NCBI GenBank assembly: GCA_964522805.1
Contig: CAZFWP010000001.1
Location: forward strand, 4,474 to 68,473
Length of the DNA: 64,000 nucleotides
Source of the DNA: an uncultured Synergistaceae bacterium
GTDB lineage: Bacteria; Synergistota; Synergistia; Synergistales; Synergistaceae
Direction of reading: 5' to 3'
This document shows positions 54,389 to 63,537 of this stretch, piece by piece. The position numbers were made by a program, and so were the translations under genes. A model generated the notes under the pieces. It saw only the letters and a list, made by a program, of their open reading frames with translations, was not told the origin of the DNA and searched no databases. The stretch's first letter is position 1. Every line of letters starts with the position of its first letter.

Positions 54389-55618
54389 ATGTCCTTGTTC
54401 AATATAAATTTTTTAAGCGGCGAAAAGCTCGCGGAAGCGTTGAAGATGGTCGGCGCCGATATGAGGTCGCTGCCTTTTTTTGATAATCGCCGTGAGGTCA
54501 AAGCTCTCTATATAAGTAACGCTGATATTCGCGCCGCCAACGTCATTAAGCAGGAGATGCTCGCGCGCGGCGGCGATGCGGCCGTCAGCCGCTTTGCCGT
54601 GGACTGCCGCGCAGAAAAGAGCGATATCATTCTTTTCGGCACAAAAAAGCAGCTGGCTTTTCTCGCCGACAAAATAGAAGCAATGTCGTGGTGGAATTTT
54701 CCCCAGATAGCCTCCGAAATTCGCCAAGCGTTAAACGGCATGGCTTCTGGAAAGTATTCCATTAAACTGCCTTGCGGAGCAGAGATCGAATTCGGCAGGA
54801 GGACCATGGTTATGGGAATAATCAACCTCACTGACGATTCTTTTTATTCCACCAGCAGAACAGGTTCCGATTCACGGGCCACGGTCGAGAGAGCAGTGAA
54901 ATTCGCAGCAGAGGGAGCGGATATCCTTGATTTGGGCGCGGAATCAACCCGCCCAGGTTCGTCACGTGTTCCCGAAGAGGAAGAAATCTCCCGAATAGCG
55001 GACGCGGTTAAAAATATCAGAAAGACACTGCCCCAAATTCCTTTGTCCATAGACACAACGAGGGCTTCAGTAGCAAGGGCAGCCTTGGACGCCGGAGCAG
55101 ATATCATCAATGATATTTCCGGACTGACGTATGAACCTGAGGTGGCGCGTGCAGCAGCTGATTACGGAGCGATGCTGGTTTTGATGCATATGAGAGGCAC
55201 ACCGGAAACAATGCAGTCCATGTGCGATTATGAGAACAGCAACATCCTTCAGAGCATTACTGATTTTTTTGACAAGGGAATAGAAACGGCGGCATCAAAT
55301 GGGCTGGAAAGAGCTAAAATAATACTCGACCCGGGGCTGGGATTTGCAAAAAATTACAACCAAAATCTTTTTTTAATGCAGAACTTACGCGCCTTTGATA
55401 CCTTCGGTCTGCCGATTTTAATCGGAGCCTCGCGCAAGGGCACAGTGGGAAAAGCCACGGGAGCAGACAAGGCGGAAGACAGGCTTGAGGGTACTCTCGC
55501 AATAACTTCCCTCTGCGCTTGGCACGATATTGATATAGTGAGAGTGCATGATGTCAAGGAGAATAAAAAAACAGTGATGATGATAGAGGCGATAAAAAAT
55601 GCCGGAATTTTCGGGTAA
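54389..55618 (+). CDS. folP: Dihydropteroate synthase with an N-terminal extra domain of about 135 aa
   Basis: Pterin-binding core MVMGIINLTDDSFY...DLGAESTRPG...SIDT...GADIINDISG...GASRKG. It is preceded by an unrelated N-terminal domain. GGAGGA precedes ATG 54389. Confidence 0.9.
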   Translation: MSLFNINFLSGEKLAEALKMVGADMRSLPFFDNRREVKALYISNADIRAANVIKQEMLARGGDAAVSRFAVDCRAEKSDIILFGTKKQLAFLADKIEAMSWWNFPQIASEIRQALNGMASGKYSIKLPCGAEIEFGRRTMVMGIINLTDDSFYSTSRTGSDSRATVERAVKFAAEGADILDLGAESTRPGSSRVPEEEEISRIADAVKNIRKTLPQIPLSIDTTRASVARAALDAGADIINDISGLTYEPEVARAAADYGAMLVLMHMRGTPETMQSMCDYENSNILQSITDFFDKGIETAASNGLERAKIILDPGLGFAKNYNQNLFLMQNLRAFDTFGLPILIGASRKGTVGKATGADKAEDRLEGTLAITSLCAWHDIDIVRVHDVKENKKTVMMIEAIKNAGIFG

Positions 55619-56099
55619 TACTGTCGCAATCGCACTTGGTTCAAATATGGGCAACAGGCTCGCTCACCTCCAGCAGGCCATTAACGCCATCAAACTTTGC
55701 GGTTTTCAAATAACCGCACTTAGCAGCGTGTGGGAGACGGCCCCATGGGGAGACACAGACCAGCCGCGCTTTCTTAATATGTGCCTGACAGCAGATACGG
55801 AGATGAGCGGTGCTGACGCCTTGGACAGGGTTAAGAAAATCGAAAAAGACTTGGGAAGGACAGTGTCGCGCCATTGGGGGCCTCGGGAGATAGATATAGA
55901 TATCATTATTTTCGGCGAGGAGATTATCCGGACTGAAAAACTGACAGTACCCCACCCTATGATGCAGGATAGAGCCTTCGTATTGCGCCCTTTGGCCGAG
56001 ATAGCCCCCGACATGAAGCATCCCGTGCTGAACAAAAGTGTCAAAGAGCTTTTCGAGGCCCTGCCGCCGGAAAACATGGTGAGGATTATTAAGCTATGA
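55599..56099 (+). CDS. folK: 2-amino-4-hydroxy-6-hydroxymethyldihydropteridine diphosphokinase
   Basis: VAIALGSNMGNR...WGPREIDIDIIIFG...LTVPHPMMQDRAFVLRPLAEI. Confidence 0.9.
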   Translation: MPEFSGNTVAIALGSNMGNRLAHLQQAINAIKLCGFQITALSSVWETAPWGDTDQPRFLNMCLTADTEMSGADALDRVKKIEKDLGRTVSRHWGPREIDIDIIIFGEEIIRTEKLTVPHPMMQDRAFVLRPLAEIAPDMKHPVLNKSVKELFEALPPENMVRIIKL

Positions 56100-56929
56100 G
56101 CAGCCATAACGCTTATTTAAAATTTAGCTTGTATATGGAAGAGCTTAAAAAAAAGCTTGTGTCTGTAGATTGGGAGAAAAAGAGATTCGCTGTCTTGCCG
56201 CTGACAATCTTGCTGATAACATTCTCAATTTGGCTGATACCAAGAGCTGATATCCCTAAAAGCGGTGTTAGAGTAAGATTACTTAACGCCCCTAACTTTC
56301 CTATTGTTCTGGCATTGGAACAAGAAAAGGGAACTGTTTCCTCCGCATGGCTGAGAACTCCCGCAGGAGCGCGGGAACTGACGGAAGTCGAAGGGTTGAC
56401 ATATCTCTCTGATGCTAAATATTTGTCCAATGTGGATCAGGATATTAAAGACGACTTGCTGTGGCGGCTCTCCTTTATCAATTTTAAGGGAGATGGAGTT
56501 CACCTTTGGCTGGGAATGACCACCTGGCTGCCAAAGCTTTTTATTTCTACAACCCCATACCAGTACACAAGGTGGGACGCAGTACCGGCAAAGTTGGTGG
56601 TACCTAAAGGCACGGCTATCTACGTATCACCAGCAACACCTTCTTATAATAAAGCAGAGGCTTTTGACGGTAGGAACAGCTACTCGTTTGTCTATACCAT
56701 GAGAATGACCGCAGACGGTCCCGCCTTTGTGCCGGTACCGGCTGTCTACAAACAGATAGCGCTTTTACTGCGTGCGGGAATACAGGGTGAATTCTCGCCG
56801 ACGAAGCGTCTGACATACGTGAGGATGTTGGCGGAATTCAACTCTTTGGCAGAGGGGCGCCCTCCGCAGGCGGAAACAATGATCAACTTCCAGATGCAAA
56901 AGATAGACACGATCGCCTGGAAGAAATAA
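56096..56929 (+). CDS. Hypothetical membrane-anchored protein
   Basis: 277 aa. One N-terminal TM (FAVLPLTILLITFSIWLI) followed by a soluble domain with no family I recognise. Its start overlaps the folK stop (ATGA). Confidence 0.6.
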   Translation: MSSHNAYLKFSLYMEELKKKLVSVDWEKKRFAVLPLTILLITFSIWLIPRADIPKSGVRVRLLNAPNFPIVLALEQEKGTVSSAWLRTPAGARELTEVEGLTYLSDAKYLSNVDQDIKDDLLWRLSFINFKGDGVHLWLGMTTWLPKLFISTTPYQYTRWDAVPAKLVVPKGTAIYVSPATPSYNKAEAFDGRNSYSFVYTMRMTADGPAFVPVPAVYKQIALLLRAGIQGEFSPTKRLTYVRMLAEFNSLAEGRPPQAETMINFQMQKIDTIAWKK

Positions 56930-57235
56930 ACTGCGAAAAGCCCTCTCCCTCTGTTTGGGCAGTTGACCATTGGAAGAAGGGGCAAACTAAGTTAGCGGCG
57001 CTGCTTATTTGCTTTTATCCCGCAATCTCGCATAACCTCATGATGTCCTAAGTGAGCGTTTTATAAAAGTTAGTATTGTTAAGGCTTTCCTAATATCGGT
57101 AAAGACTAAGGCAAGCTTGCTGCCGATAATCGCACATAGCCGTCAGAACCACTTAAGGCGCCGCATAACTTGATATCTCTATGCTGGTTTTGAAAATCAC
57201 TGTTTATCAAGACTGTCCTCACATGAGGCACGAAT

Positions 57236-57284
57236 ATAAAAATCCTACCTGTTATGCTTGGAGCAAAGCAGGTAGGATTTTTTA
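57236..57284. terminator. Bidirectional intrinsic terminator between convergent genes
   Basis: AAAAATCCTACCTG ... CAGGTAGGATTTTTT. 11-bp stem (57241-57251 with 57269-57279) flanked by an A-tract and a T-tract. Confidence 0.75.
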
Positions 57285-57331
57285 ATCTTATGCACTATCC
57301 CTGCCCGCTGCATGGCGGTAGGGATGGCGAA

Positions 57332-58216
57332 TTAGTACTTAAGCCCGAATATCGGGTGGAAGATCCTTTCATCGTGAAGGAAGGTCGCCTGTTCGTCAAA
57401 TGAGTTTCTTGCATCTTCACCAAGGGCGATAGCAAGAGCAGAGGTCAGGACATGGATAAGGAAGAGCGGTCCAATTGTGCTGCTGCCAAAAGTAGGGCTA
57501 TTGGCGGAAACGTAGAAGGAGAGCTCCGCAAATCTGCACACGGGAGCTGCGGCACTGTCTGTTATGGTGATAACCTTGGCACCGTTTCTGCTGGCGATTT
57601 CCACTGACTCCGTTACTTCCACAGAGTAGCTGGGAAGCTCGCAGACAACAAGTACATCTCCTTCACCGGCACTGCGCGCCTGTTCCCATAGAGAGAGGCT
57701 GCCTCTGCGCATCACCATTGATTTACGTCCCATAACAGCAAGACGCATCTGCAGCAGTTCTGCTACAAGAGAAGAGATACCCCATCCCATACAGTAGACA
57801 GTGTTGGCGTTTTTAACCAACTCGCAGAATCTATCAGAATCTTCGTCGGTGAGCTGCGCCATGGTATCATCAAGATTGGCGTGCTCGGCACGAAAAACGC
57901 TGTCGGGAAAGGAGTCACTGCAGCTGACAGCCCTAGCCAGCAGTGCGGCCGGATTTATTTGTTCAAGAATAGCTGTCTGTAAGCAGCCCTTGAGTTCGGC
58001 GTAGCCGGAAAAGCCAAGCATCTGCGCCACGCGTACAAGCTGTGCTTTGGAAACTTTGAGTTCGTCTGCTATATCACCGATTGATCGAAATGACGCTTCA
58101 CGCATGTTCGCCAATAAATACTCCGCGACACGGCGCGCCTTATTTGGCATTGTATGCGCTCTTTCCATCAGTAAGTTTTGAAGCTGTGTGCTGTCCATAT
58201 AAAAAACACTCCTCAT
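57332..58216 (-). CDS. MurR/RpiR family transcriptional regulator (HTH + SIS domain)
   Basis: N-terminal HTH_6-like ARRVAEYLLANMREASFRSIGDIADELKVSKAQLVRVAQMLGFSGY. C-terminal SIS fold (VYCMGWGISS...). Confidence 0.85.
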   Translation of the reverse strand: MRSVFYMDSTQLQNLLMERAHTMPNKARRVAEYLLANMREASFRSIGDIADELKVSKAQLVRVAQMLGFSGYAELKGCLQTAILEQINPAALLARAVSCSDSFPDSVFRAEHANLDDTMAQLTDEDSDRFCELVKNANTVYCMGWGISSLVAELLQMRLAVMGRKSMVMRRGSLSLWEQARSAGEGDVLVVCELPSYSVEVTESVEIASRNGAKVITITDSAAAPVCRFAELSFYVSANSPTFGSSTIGPLFLIHVLTSALAIALGEDARNSFDEQATFLHDERIFHPIFGLKY

Positions 58217-58341
58217 ACAATTATCGTTAAATTATTCAGTCCCTTTTGAAAGAATATTACTGAGTCTATTATCGCTGTTATTTTTTGTCAACCTAAGTCA
58301 AGTTTACAGAAAAATAGTTCAGCTAAAATACTTAGTTTATA

Positions 58342-59496
58342 CTAAAGCGGATCCCAGAATCCTTCATTTCTGTCTCTGATAATAGGACAATCTATCATTT
58401 TTTTAACAGCAGTATTAAAGCAGGCGTTACATGAAAGGCACGCTGATGGGCGTGAATCCTCTTCCGCCCATCTGTTGATAAGATCGGGCTCCGCATTAAA
58501 GGGGCGGCTCATGCCGAGAAGGTCACACACCCCGTCATAGACAAGATTAGCCATCACAGAAAGGCTTCTCAGACCTCCGGTGAGAATAACCACTTTATCA
58601 GGGGACGATGATTTTTTAAGTGCCGCAGCATATTGGGCAAAAGGTGCCTCCGACTCCCCCGCAGAGACGCCGATAACAGAGGGAGCGTTTTGTGCTCCTG
58701 CATAAATTGTACCGCAAGAAACCTCTATCCCGTCAGCACCGTCAGCAAGCAAAGTTTCCGCTGTTTTGATGCCATCCTCTGCTTTGTAACCAAACTCGGT
58801 ACCCTCAGCGATACTGATTTTCAGCCAAACCTGGAATCTTTCTCCAACAGCGCTGCGCACCGAGCTTAATATTTCTCTAATCAAACGCATTCTATTTTCC
58901 AAAGAGCCTCCGTACTCATCAGTGCGTCTGTTTATCATCGGAGAGAGAAACTGCGTAATCAAAAAGCCATGCCCCGCATGAATTTCAACTCCGTCCGCAC
59001 CCCCGGCCTTGGCTCTGGCAGCAGCTGCGGCAAAGTCATTTTTTATCTTGGCAATATCATCTTTGGTGACGGTTTTTGTGGGAAAAGATCTTCCGGGATG
59101 CTCTAATCCGGAAGGAGAGAGTGTCTCCGTCTTTTTGATAATCTCAGGATCGCGCTGACCGCCGGCGTGGCACACCTGGACTATTAGCTTTGTACCTGCC
59201 TTGTGCACCGCCTCGGCAAGAGCGGTAACGTCGCCAATGCGCTGATCATTGTGCAGCCCCCACTGTCCTTTAAGAGCTCTGCCTTCTTCACTGATGTAAG
59301 CTGCCCCGGTTATTACCGTTCCGGCTCCCCCGAAGGCGACCTCCGAGTGCCGCCCAACCTCGGCTCTTGTAATGGCCCCGGTCTCTTCATCCGCGGCCGC
59401 GAGCCAAGTCGCGGAACGCAGAAATCGGTTTTTCGCAGAAAAATTAGGGCTCTCAAAACTATCAAACAGAGCGATAATTTTTTCGTGTTCTCTCAT
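58342..59496 (-). CDS. NADH:flavin oxidoreductase, Old Yellow Enzyme / 2,4-dienoyl-CoA reductase-like, with a C-terminal Cys cluster
   Basis: GVEIHAGHGFLITQFLSPMINRRTDEYGGSLENRMRL is the OYE signature. The C-terminus carries CLSCNACF...C. Confidence 0.85.
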   Translation of the reverse strand: MREHEKIIALFDSFESPNFSAKNRFLRSATWLAAADEETGAITRAEVGRHSEVAFGGAGTVITGAAYISEEGRALKGQWGLHNDQRIGDVTALAEAVHKAGTKLIVQVCHAGGQRDPEIIKKTETLSPSGLEHPGRSFPTKTVTKDDIAKIKNDFAAAAARAKAGGADGVEIHAGHGFLITQFLSPMINRRTDEYGGSLENRMRLIREILSSVRSAVGERFQVWLKISIAEGTEFGYKAEDGIKTAETLLADGADGIEVSCGTIYAGAQNAPSVIGVSAGESEAPFAQYAAALKKSSSPDKVVILTGGLRSLSVMANLVYDGVCDLLGMSRPFNAEPDLINRWAEEDSRPSACLSCNACFNTAVKKMIDCPIIRDRNEGFWDPL

Positions 59497-59600
59497 GGGT
59501 AGGCCCCTTCCTCTGCCATCAATTTTAAATTTATAATAATCTAACCCATGCCCATTATTTTCGGCATAGCGATTTTACTCATTTGTAGTAAAGTTTTCTT

Positions 59601-60560
59601 TTAGTTAGGGAAAAAACTTATATGTGATCCCATCGTTTCCACGTCATATCCGCTGAGTTCCGCAAGCCTCCGCAGGCCGTAGCCGCCGTGCCCCGTGAAT
59701 TTTGATATATGACGTGCCGGTACGACCCAAGGGCCGCTGGGATTGATTCTGAAAAGTTCAAGGACCAGAGCCTCGCTGAAAATCAATTCTCCGAGCGCCG
59801 GATGGTGAGGGCCGCCGCGAACATTTCGCGCAAGAGCCGCAGACTCCTGCAGGCCCGCACGGATGGGCACAAAACCCCAAGAGAGAGCCTCGCGCATAAA
59901 AGCCCCGCCCCATGCAACCGCTTCCGCAACATCGAGCGGCTTATATTTGCCTTCATTCATCATCGTGTGTAATTCAGTATTTTCAATTACCAGACAGGGA
60001 TAAAGGCGCAGCTCCCAAGACTGAGGTCCTTTGACAGAAGCGATGCGTTTTAAATCCGCCAGGCTGCTTTCCCTGGTCTGACTTGGAAGCCCTATCATCA
60101 TCTGCACCGCAAGCGGCGCAGATTCATTTCTAAGTTCCGTCAGACCTTCGATGATTTCATCAGGGTTCGCCTCTCTTTTGCAAAAACGCAGCACCTCAGG
60201 ATCAAGCGAAGGCACACCGAGCTCTATACAGGCAATCGGGTAGGAAAGGATATGTTTTCTAAAATCCGCATTGGCAAGATCTCCGGGATATGTGGAAAAC
60301 CTTATCCTGCTTCCTGCGGGAGCGCACTCTTTAACAGCGTCAAGGTAAGATGTGACGGTATCGCAGCCAAAACGGCAAAATGAGCCTCCGAAGTAGCATA
60401 CTTCGCGCGGCTCATCCAATTTTTCTAGAACAGAGCGGATAAAATCCAAAGACGGCAAGCATTCTTTTCCTGTTATGGTCTGCTGGTTACAGTAGACACA
60501 CCTGCCACGGCAGCCGCCGAACGGCAGAAAAAAAGGCAGTTTTTTTAAAGGTTTTCTCAT
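59601..60560 (-). CDS. Radical SAM protein, ELP3-like N-terminal family, without an acetyltransferase domain
   Basis: LPFFLPFGGCRGRCVYCNQQTITG (CX3CX2C) matches the bacterial ELP3-like pattern. About 320 aa with no GNAT domain. Its ATG overlaps the ImmA stop (TAATG at 60562..60558). Confidence 0.75.
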   Translation of the reverse strand: MRKPLKKLPFFLPFGGCRGRCVYCNQQTITGKECLPSLDFIRSVLEKLDEPREVCYFGGSFCRFGCDTVTSYLDAVKECAPAGSRIRFSTYPGDLANADFRKHILSYPIACIELGVPSLDPEVLRFCKREANPDEIIEGLTELRNESAPLAVQMMIGLPSQTRESSLADLKRIASVKGPQSWELRLYPCLVIENTELHTMMNEGKYKPLDVAEAVAWGGAFMREALSWGFVPIRAGLQESAALARNVRGGPHHPALGELIFSEALVLELFRINPSGPWVVPARHISKFTGHGGYGLRRLAELSGYDVETMGSHISFFPN

Positions 60561-61012
60561 TACCAGTCTGAGTAGTCCCCTTCCGTCCATTCCGGCCAAA
60601 TGGCGGCCCAAGCAAAGATATCCGCCCTATTTTCAAAACTCTCCATCGAGACAAAGGTCTTTGACCAAAACGATGCTCCCTTGCTGTGGTTGAGCAAATG
60701 ATAAATTTCATGAAATATCGCAAAACGACGCCAAATAAGCGGCAAAATAGAGTTTATGTAGATTCTCCCTCTTTCGCCGCGGACAAGGTGTATTCCCCAG
60801 ACACCGGAAGGAAGCATCTCATATTTAAGCTCAAGAGAGAGCCCCGTCATTTCTTCCGCATTAGCGAGAATGTCAAACTCACTGAGGCGCTGCCACACCT
60901 TCCCCTCGCGCTGTGCCCACTCCGGGATACTCTCGGGAGGGTATGGCAGATCCTCATAGATATCTTCGGGCGCCAAATTATTTTCCCTCTGCCTCAGCTG
61001 TGTCCCAATCAT
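60560..61012 (-). CDS. ImmA/IrrE family (COG2856) zinc metallopeptidase
   Basis: 150 aa with HExxH in AIFHEIYHLLNH and the downstream ...NRADIFAWA typical of DUF955. Confidence 0.8.
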   Translation of the reverse strand: MIGTQLRQRENNLAPEDIYEDLPYPPESIPEWAQREGKVWQRLSEFDILANAEEMTGLSLELKYEMLPSGVWGIHLVRGERGRIYINSILPLIWRRFAIFHEIYHLLNHSKGASFWSKTFVSMESFENRADIFAWAAIWPEWTEGDYSDW

Positions 61013-61343
61013 CCAAAGCCGCCTCGATTACCCTATATACGCGGCGGAGCTCCTGCTCTGACAATTTTTTGCTGCGGTACCAAATTTCCAGTTCGCCGTT
61101 GTCAAGCATGGAATCAAGCTGGACCCTGCCAGGCTTGTCAGGGGCGGAGAAATCCATCAGCAGGTCGTTGACTTCCACATTAAGTGCCGGCGCTAAGCGC
61201 TGCAAAAGTTTCATCGAGGGGAGACGCCTGTTGCTTTCAAGCGCCTGCACATAGATACGGCTGACCTCTACTTTATCCGCAAGTTTCTGCTGTGTAAGAT
61301 GCTGTGCTTTACGAAGAGATTTTATCCTGTTGCCTAGACTCAT
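60978..61343 (-). CDS. XRE-family helix-turn-helix transcriptional regulator
   Basis: LGNRIKSLRKAQHLTQQKLADKVEVSRIYVQALESNRRLPSMKLLQRLAPALNV. 121 aa. Confidence 0.9.
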   Translation of the reverse strand: MSLGNRIKSLRKAQHLTQQKLADKVEVSRIYVQALESNRRLPSMKLLQRLAPALNVEVNDLLMDFSAPDKPGRVQLDSMLDNGELEIWYRSKKLSEQELRRVYRVIEAALDDWDTAEAEGK

Positions 61344-61372
61344 TTAACATACATCCTCTCTCTGAAAGTGTT

Positions 61373-61388
61373 TTGTATAAGGATACAA
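61373..61388. promoter_or_regulatory. Inverted repeat, candidate operator of the XRE regulator
   Basis: TTGTAT-aagg-ATACAA, 30-45 bp upstream of the XRE ATG. Confidence 0.3.
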
Positions 61389-61586
61389 CAATTTCCTAAT
61401 GTAGACAACCCTCAAAATTGTGTATGTCTAATAAAAAATAAAATACTTTTGGTAATCATTGACGTAAGCTCTCTTCTAATGGATACTTAGCGCATACAAT
61501 CGGTTGATTTTTCTCTAGAACAGATCGTTATTTTTTACTCTCTTGTCTGTAGTAATTTATTTTTAATTATGGATGGCGTGCGTTAA

Positions 61587-62621
61587 ATGTCTAAGTTAAT
61601 GTTTTTTCAACAAAAAAATAGTGATGGCTCAGGCGGCAGATTTGCGGCTCAAAAAACTCTTTTTGCTGCCGTTATTTTTTTGTTGTTAATTATCGGTGCA
61701 GCCCTGCCTGCGAGCGCAATACACTTTCGCAATCAGGCTTACCAAAGCTGGGAAAAAGGCTGGCAGGCTTGGCAGCAAGGCGATAAAAGCAGCGCTTTGG
61801 CTTTTTGGTCAAAACACGCTTTCGCGGCTGATTTGGCACCACGCCCCGCAAGGCTTTATTATTGGCGCATAAGGGCTCTTGAGGATCTCGGATACTACAG
61901 CGAGGCTGAAAAGCTACGCGCCAAACTAGCGGACAAATTCCCCACTGATTTTTATACTTTTCTGCTCTTTCCAGACGGAGGTCTTGCAACCTCACCGGAT
62001 AAAATTTTTTTAAAGAAGATAACTAAACTTTTCCACCCTTGCCCTTGGCGTGAGGAAGTTATTAAAGCCTCCGCCGTTACCGGTGTTTCCGAAGGAACAA
62101 TTTGGTCTCTTATGAGGAGAGAGAGCAAATTCCGTCCTCATGCCGTGAGTCAGTCCGGAGCGGTAGGGCTGATGCAGCTGATGCCTTCCACTGCTATGGA
62201 AGAAGCCTCTTTCTTAAAAATTAAAAAATCAGATATTTATCTGCCATGCGACAATATCCTGCTTGGAGCAAGCCACTTTTCCAGAATGAACCGAAAGTTC
62301 CGCAGTGAAACGGTAAAGAGTGTTGCCGCCTATAACGCCGGCGCATCGGCTGTTGCAGGCTGGGGAGACCTTTCCGCATGCGACTGGGCTGAATGGGTGG
62401 AGAATATTCCCTATAAGGAGACAAGAGAGTTCGTGCGCTCTGTTTTAGAAAACAGAGAAGTATACAGGATTTTGTACGGCTTTAACGAAAATAGCGCGAC
62501 GCTTTTTTCTCTGACCTCTCAGCCTTTTATCCCCGATATGACCGAAACACCCGCTTTGCGGGCGAAACTTAAAATTAAAAATAACGCAAAGGATGAGTTG
62601 AACAATGGTAGACAACCATGA
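61587..62621 (+). CDS. Lytic transglycosylase (Slt family) with an N-terminal membrane anchor and helical-repeat region
   Basis: RRESKFRPHAVSQSGAVGLMQLMPSTA...AAYNAG catalytic motifs. Confidence 0.85.
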   Translation: MSKLMFFQQKNSDGSGGRFAAQKTLFAAVIFLLLIIGAALPASAIHFRNQAYQSWEKGWQAWQQGDKSSALAFWSKHAFAADLAPRPARLYYWRIRALEDLGYYSEAEKLRAKLADKFPTDFYTFLLFPDGGLATSPDKIFLKKITKLFHPCPWREEVIKASAVTGVSEGTIWSLMRRESKFRPHAVSQSGAVGLMQLMPSTAMEEASFLKIKKSDIYLPCDNILLGASHFSRMNRKFRSETVKSVAAYNAGASAVAGWGDLSACDWAEWVENIPYKETREFVRSVLENREVYRILYGFNENSATLFSLTSQPFIPDMTETPALRAKLKIKNNAKDELNNGRQP

Positions 62622-63099
62622 GGAAGATTTTGACCCTGTAGCCAGAGTGGAGTGTTTTTTAAGAGAGAGCGATTTCTCCGGCTCAATTATGCACACTGAA
62701 GCGACTATTTTTACCGTGGCTGATGCCTCAATAGCCGTAGGAGCACCTGAGCCTGAGATACTTAAGAGTATTTTACTGCGCGTAAATAGAGGAGAGTCCT
62801 TCGCTCTCGCGCTGATGTCAGGCGTAAATATGGTTGATACCAAAAAAATAAAAAAAATGCTCGGAGTGTCACATCTCTCTTTCGCCTCCGGAGAATCCGT
62901 CTTTGAATGGTCGGGATTTCGCCCAGGCGGAGTACCTCCTGTAGGCTACCCTCAGCAGCCGCGCACACTCTTAGACGAAGACCTCTTCAAGTACGGCACG
63001 GTTTGGGCGGCGGCAGGAACTGACCATGACTTCTTCCCCATCTCACCAGAAAAATTATTAAAGCTGACCGGCGGAGAAAAAGCCGATATAAGAAAATAG
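62605..63099 (+). CDS. YbaK/EbsC-type aminoacyl-tRNA editing (deacylase) domain protein
   Basis: 164 aa. ...ILKSILLR..., GFRPGGVPPVGY, and ...VWAAAGTDHDFF, typical of the YbaK/ProX fold. Confidence 0.75.
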   Translation: MVDNHEEDFDPVARVECFLRESDFSGSIMHTEATIFTVADASIAVGAPEPEILKSILLRVNRGESFALALMSGVNMVDTKKIKKMLGVSHLSFASGESVFEWSGFRPGGVPPVGYPQQPRTLLDEDLFKYGTVWAAAGTDHDFFPISPEKLLKLTGGEKADIRK

Positions 63100-63133
63100 G
63101 TTCTGATAATCAATAATATGCTTTAATTAGATA

Positions 63134-63165
63134 AAACTCTCCGCGGCAGCGCGGAGAGTTTTTAA
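63134..63165 (+). terminator. Intrinsic terminator after the YbaK-like gene
   Basis: AACTCTCCGC-ggcagc-GCGGAGAGTT followed by TTT. Confidence 0.8.
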
Positions 63166-63537
63166 GTTTTATCACATAATTAATAGAAGCCCGCAAAGAA
63201 GTCACTCGAGGACGACAAACATCAAGCCATCAAGAACGGCTCCAAGACGATGGAAAGTTTAGTTTCGCCTCTGCTGCCTAAAAGCGAGGAATACTTTGAT
63301 TGGTCAAAGCAGCAGCACAGATCCATCACATGCAGGGCTGCGTATATAAGCAAGGAGGCTTGTGCATCTGCCATCTATATGTGAACCTGCTTTTTGCATA
63401 TAATTCATTTGGGTCTGCACCTTTATCTTCTGCACCAGAGGATGCGCCGGGCAAAGATTTTGGGGTGAGCCCGCGGGCTTAACCGGCGGCAATTTTTGCC
63501 GCACTTTGCGCACAAAGGCGAAATGTCATGCCTGCAA

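Noticed and set aside
57297-57325. Hairpin ATCCCTGCC...GGTAGGGAT just downstream of the RpiR stop
   Set aside because: The stem is plausible (about 9 bp), but no U-tract follows on the minus strand. The adjacent bidirectional terminator at 57236-57284 already explains termination.
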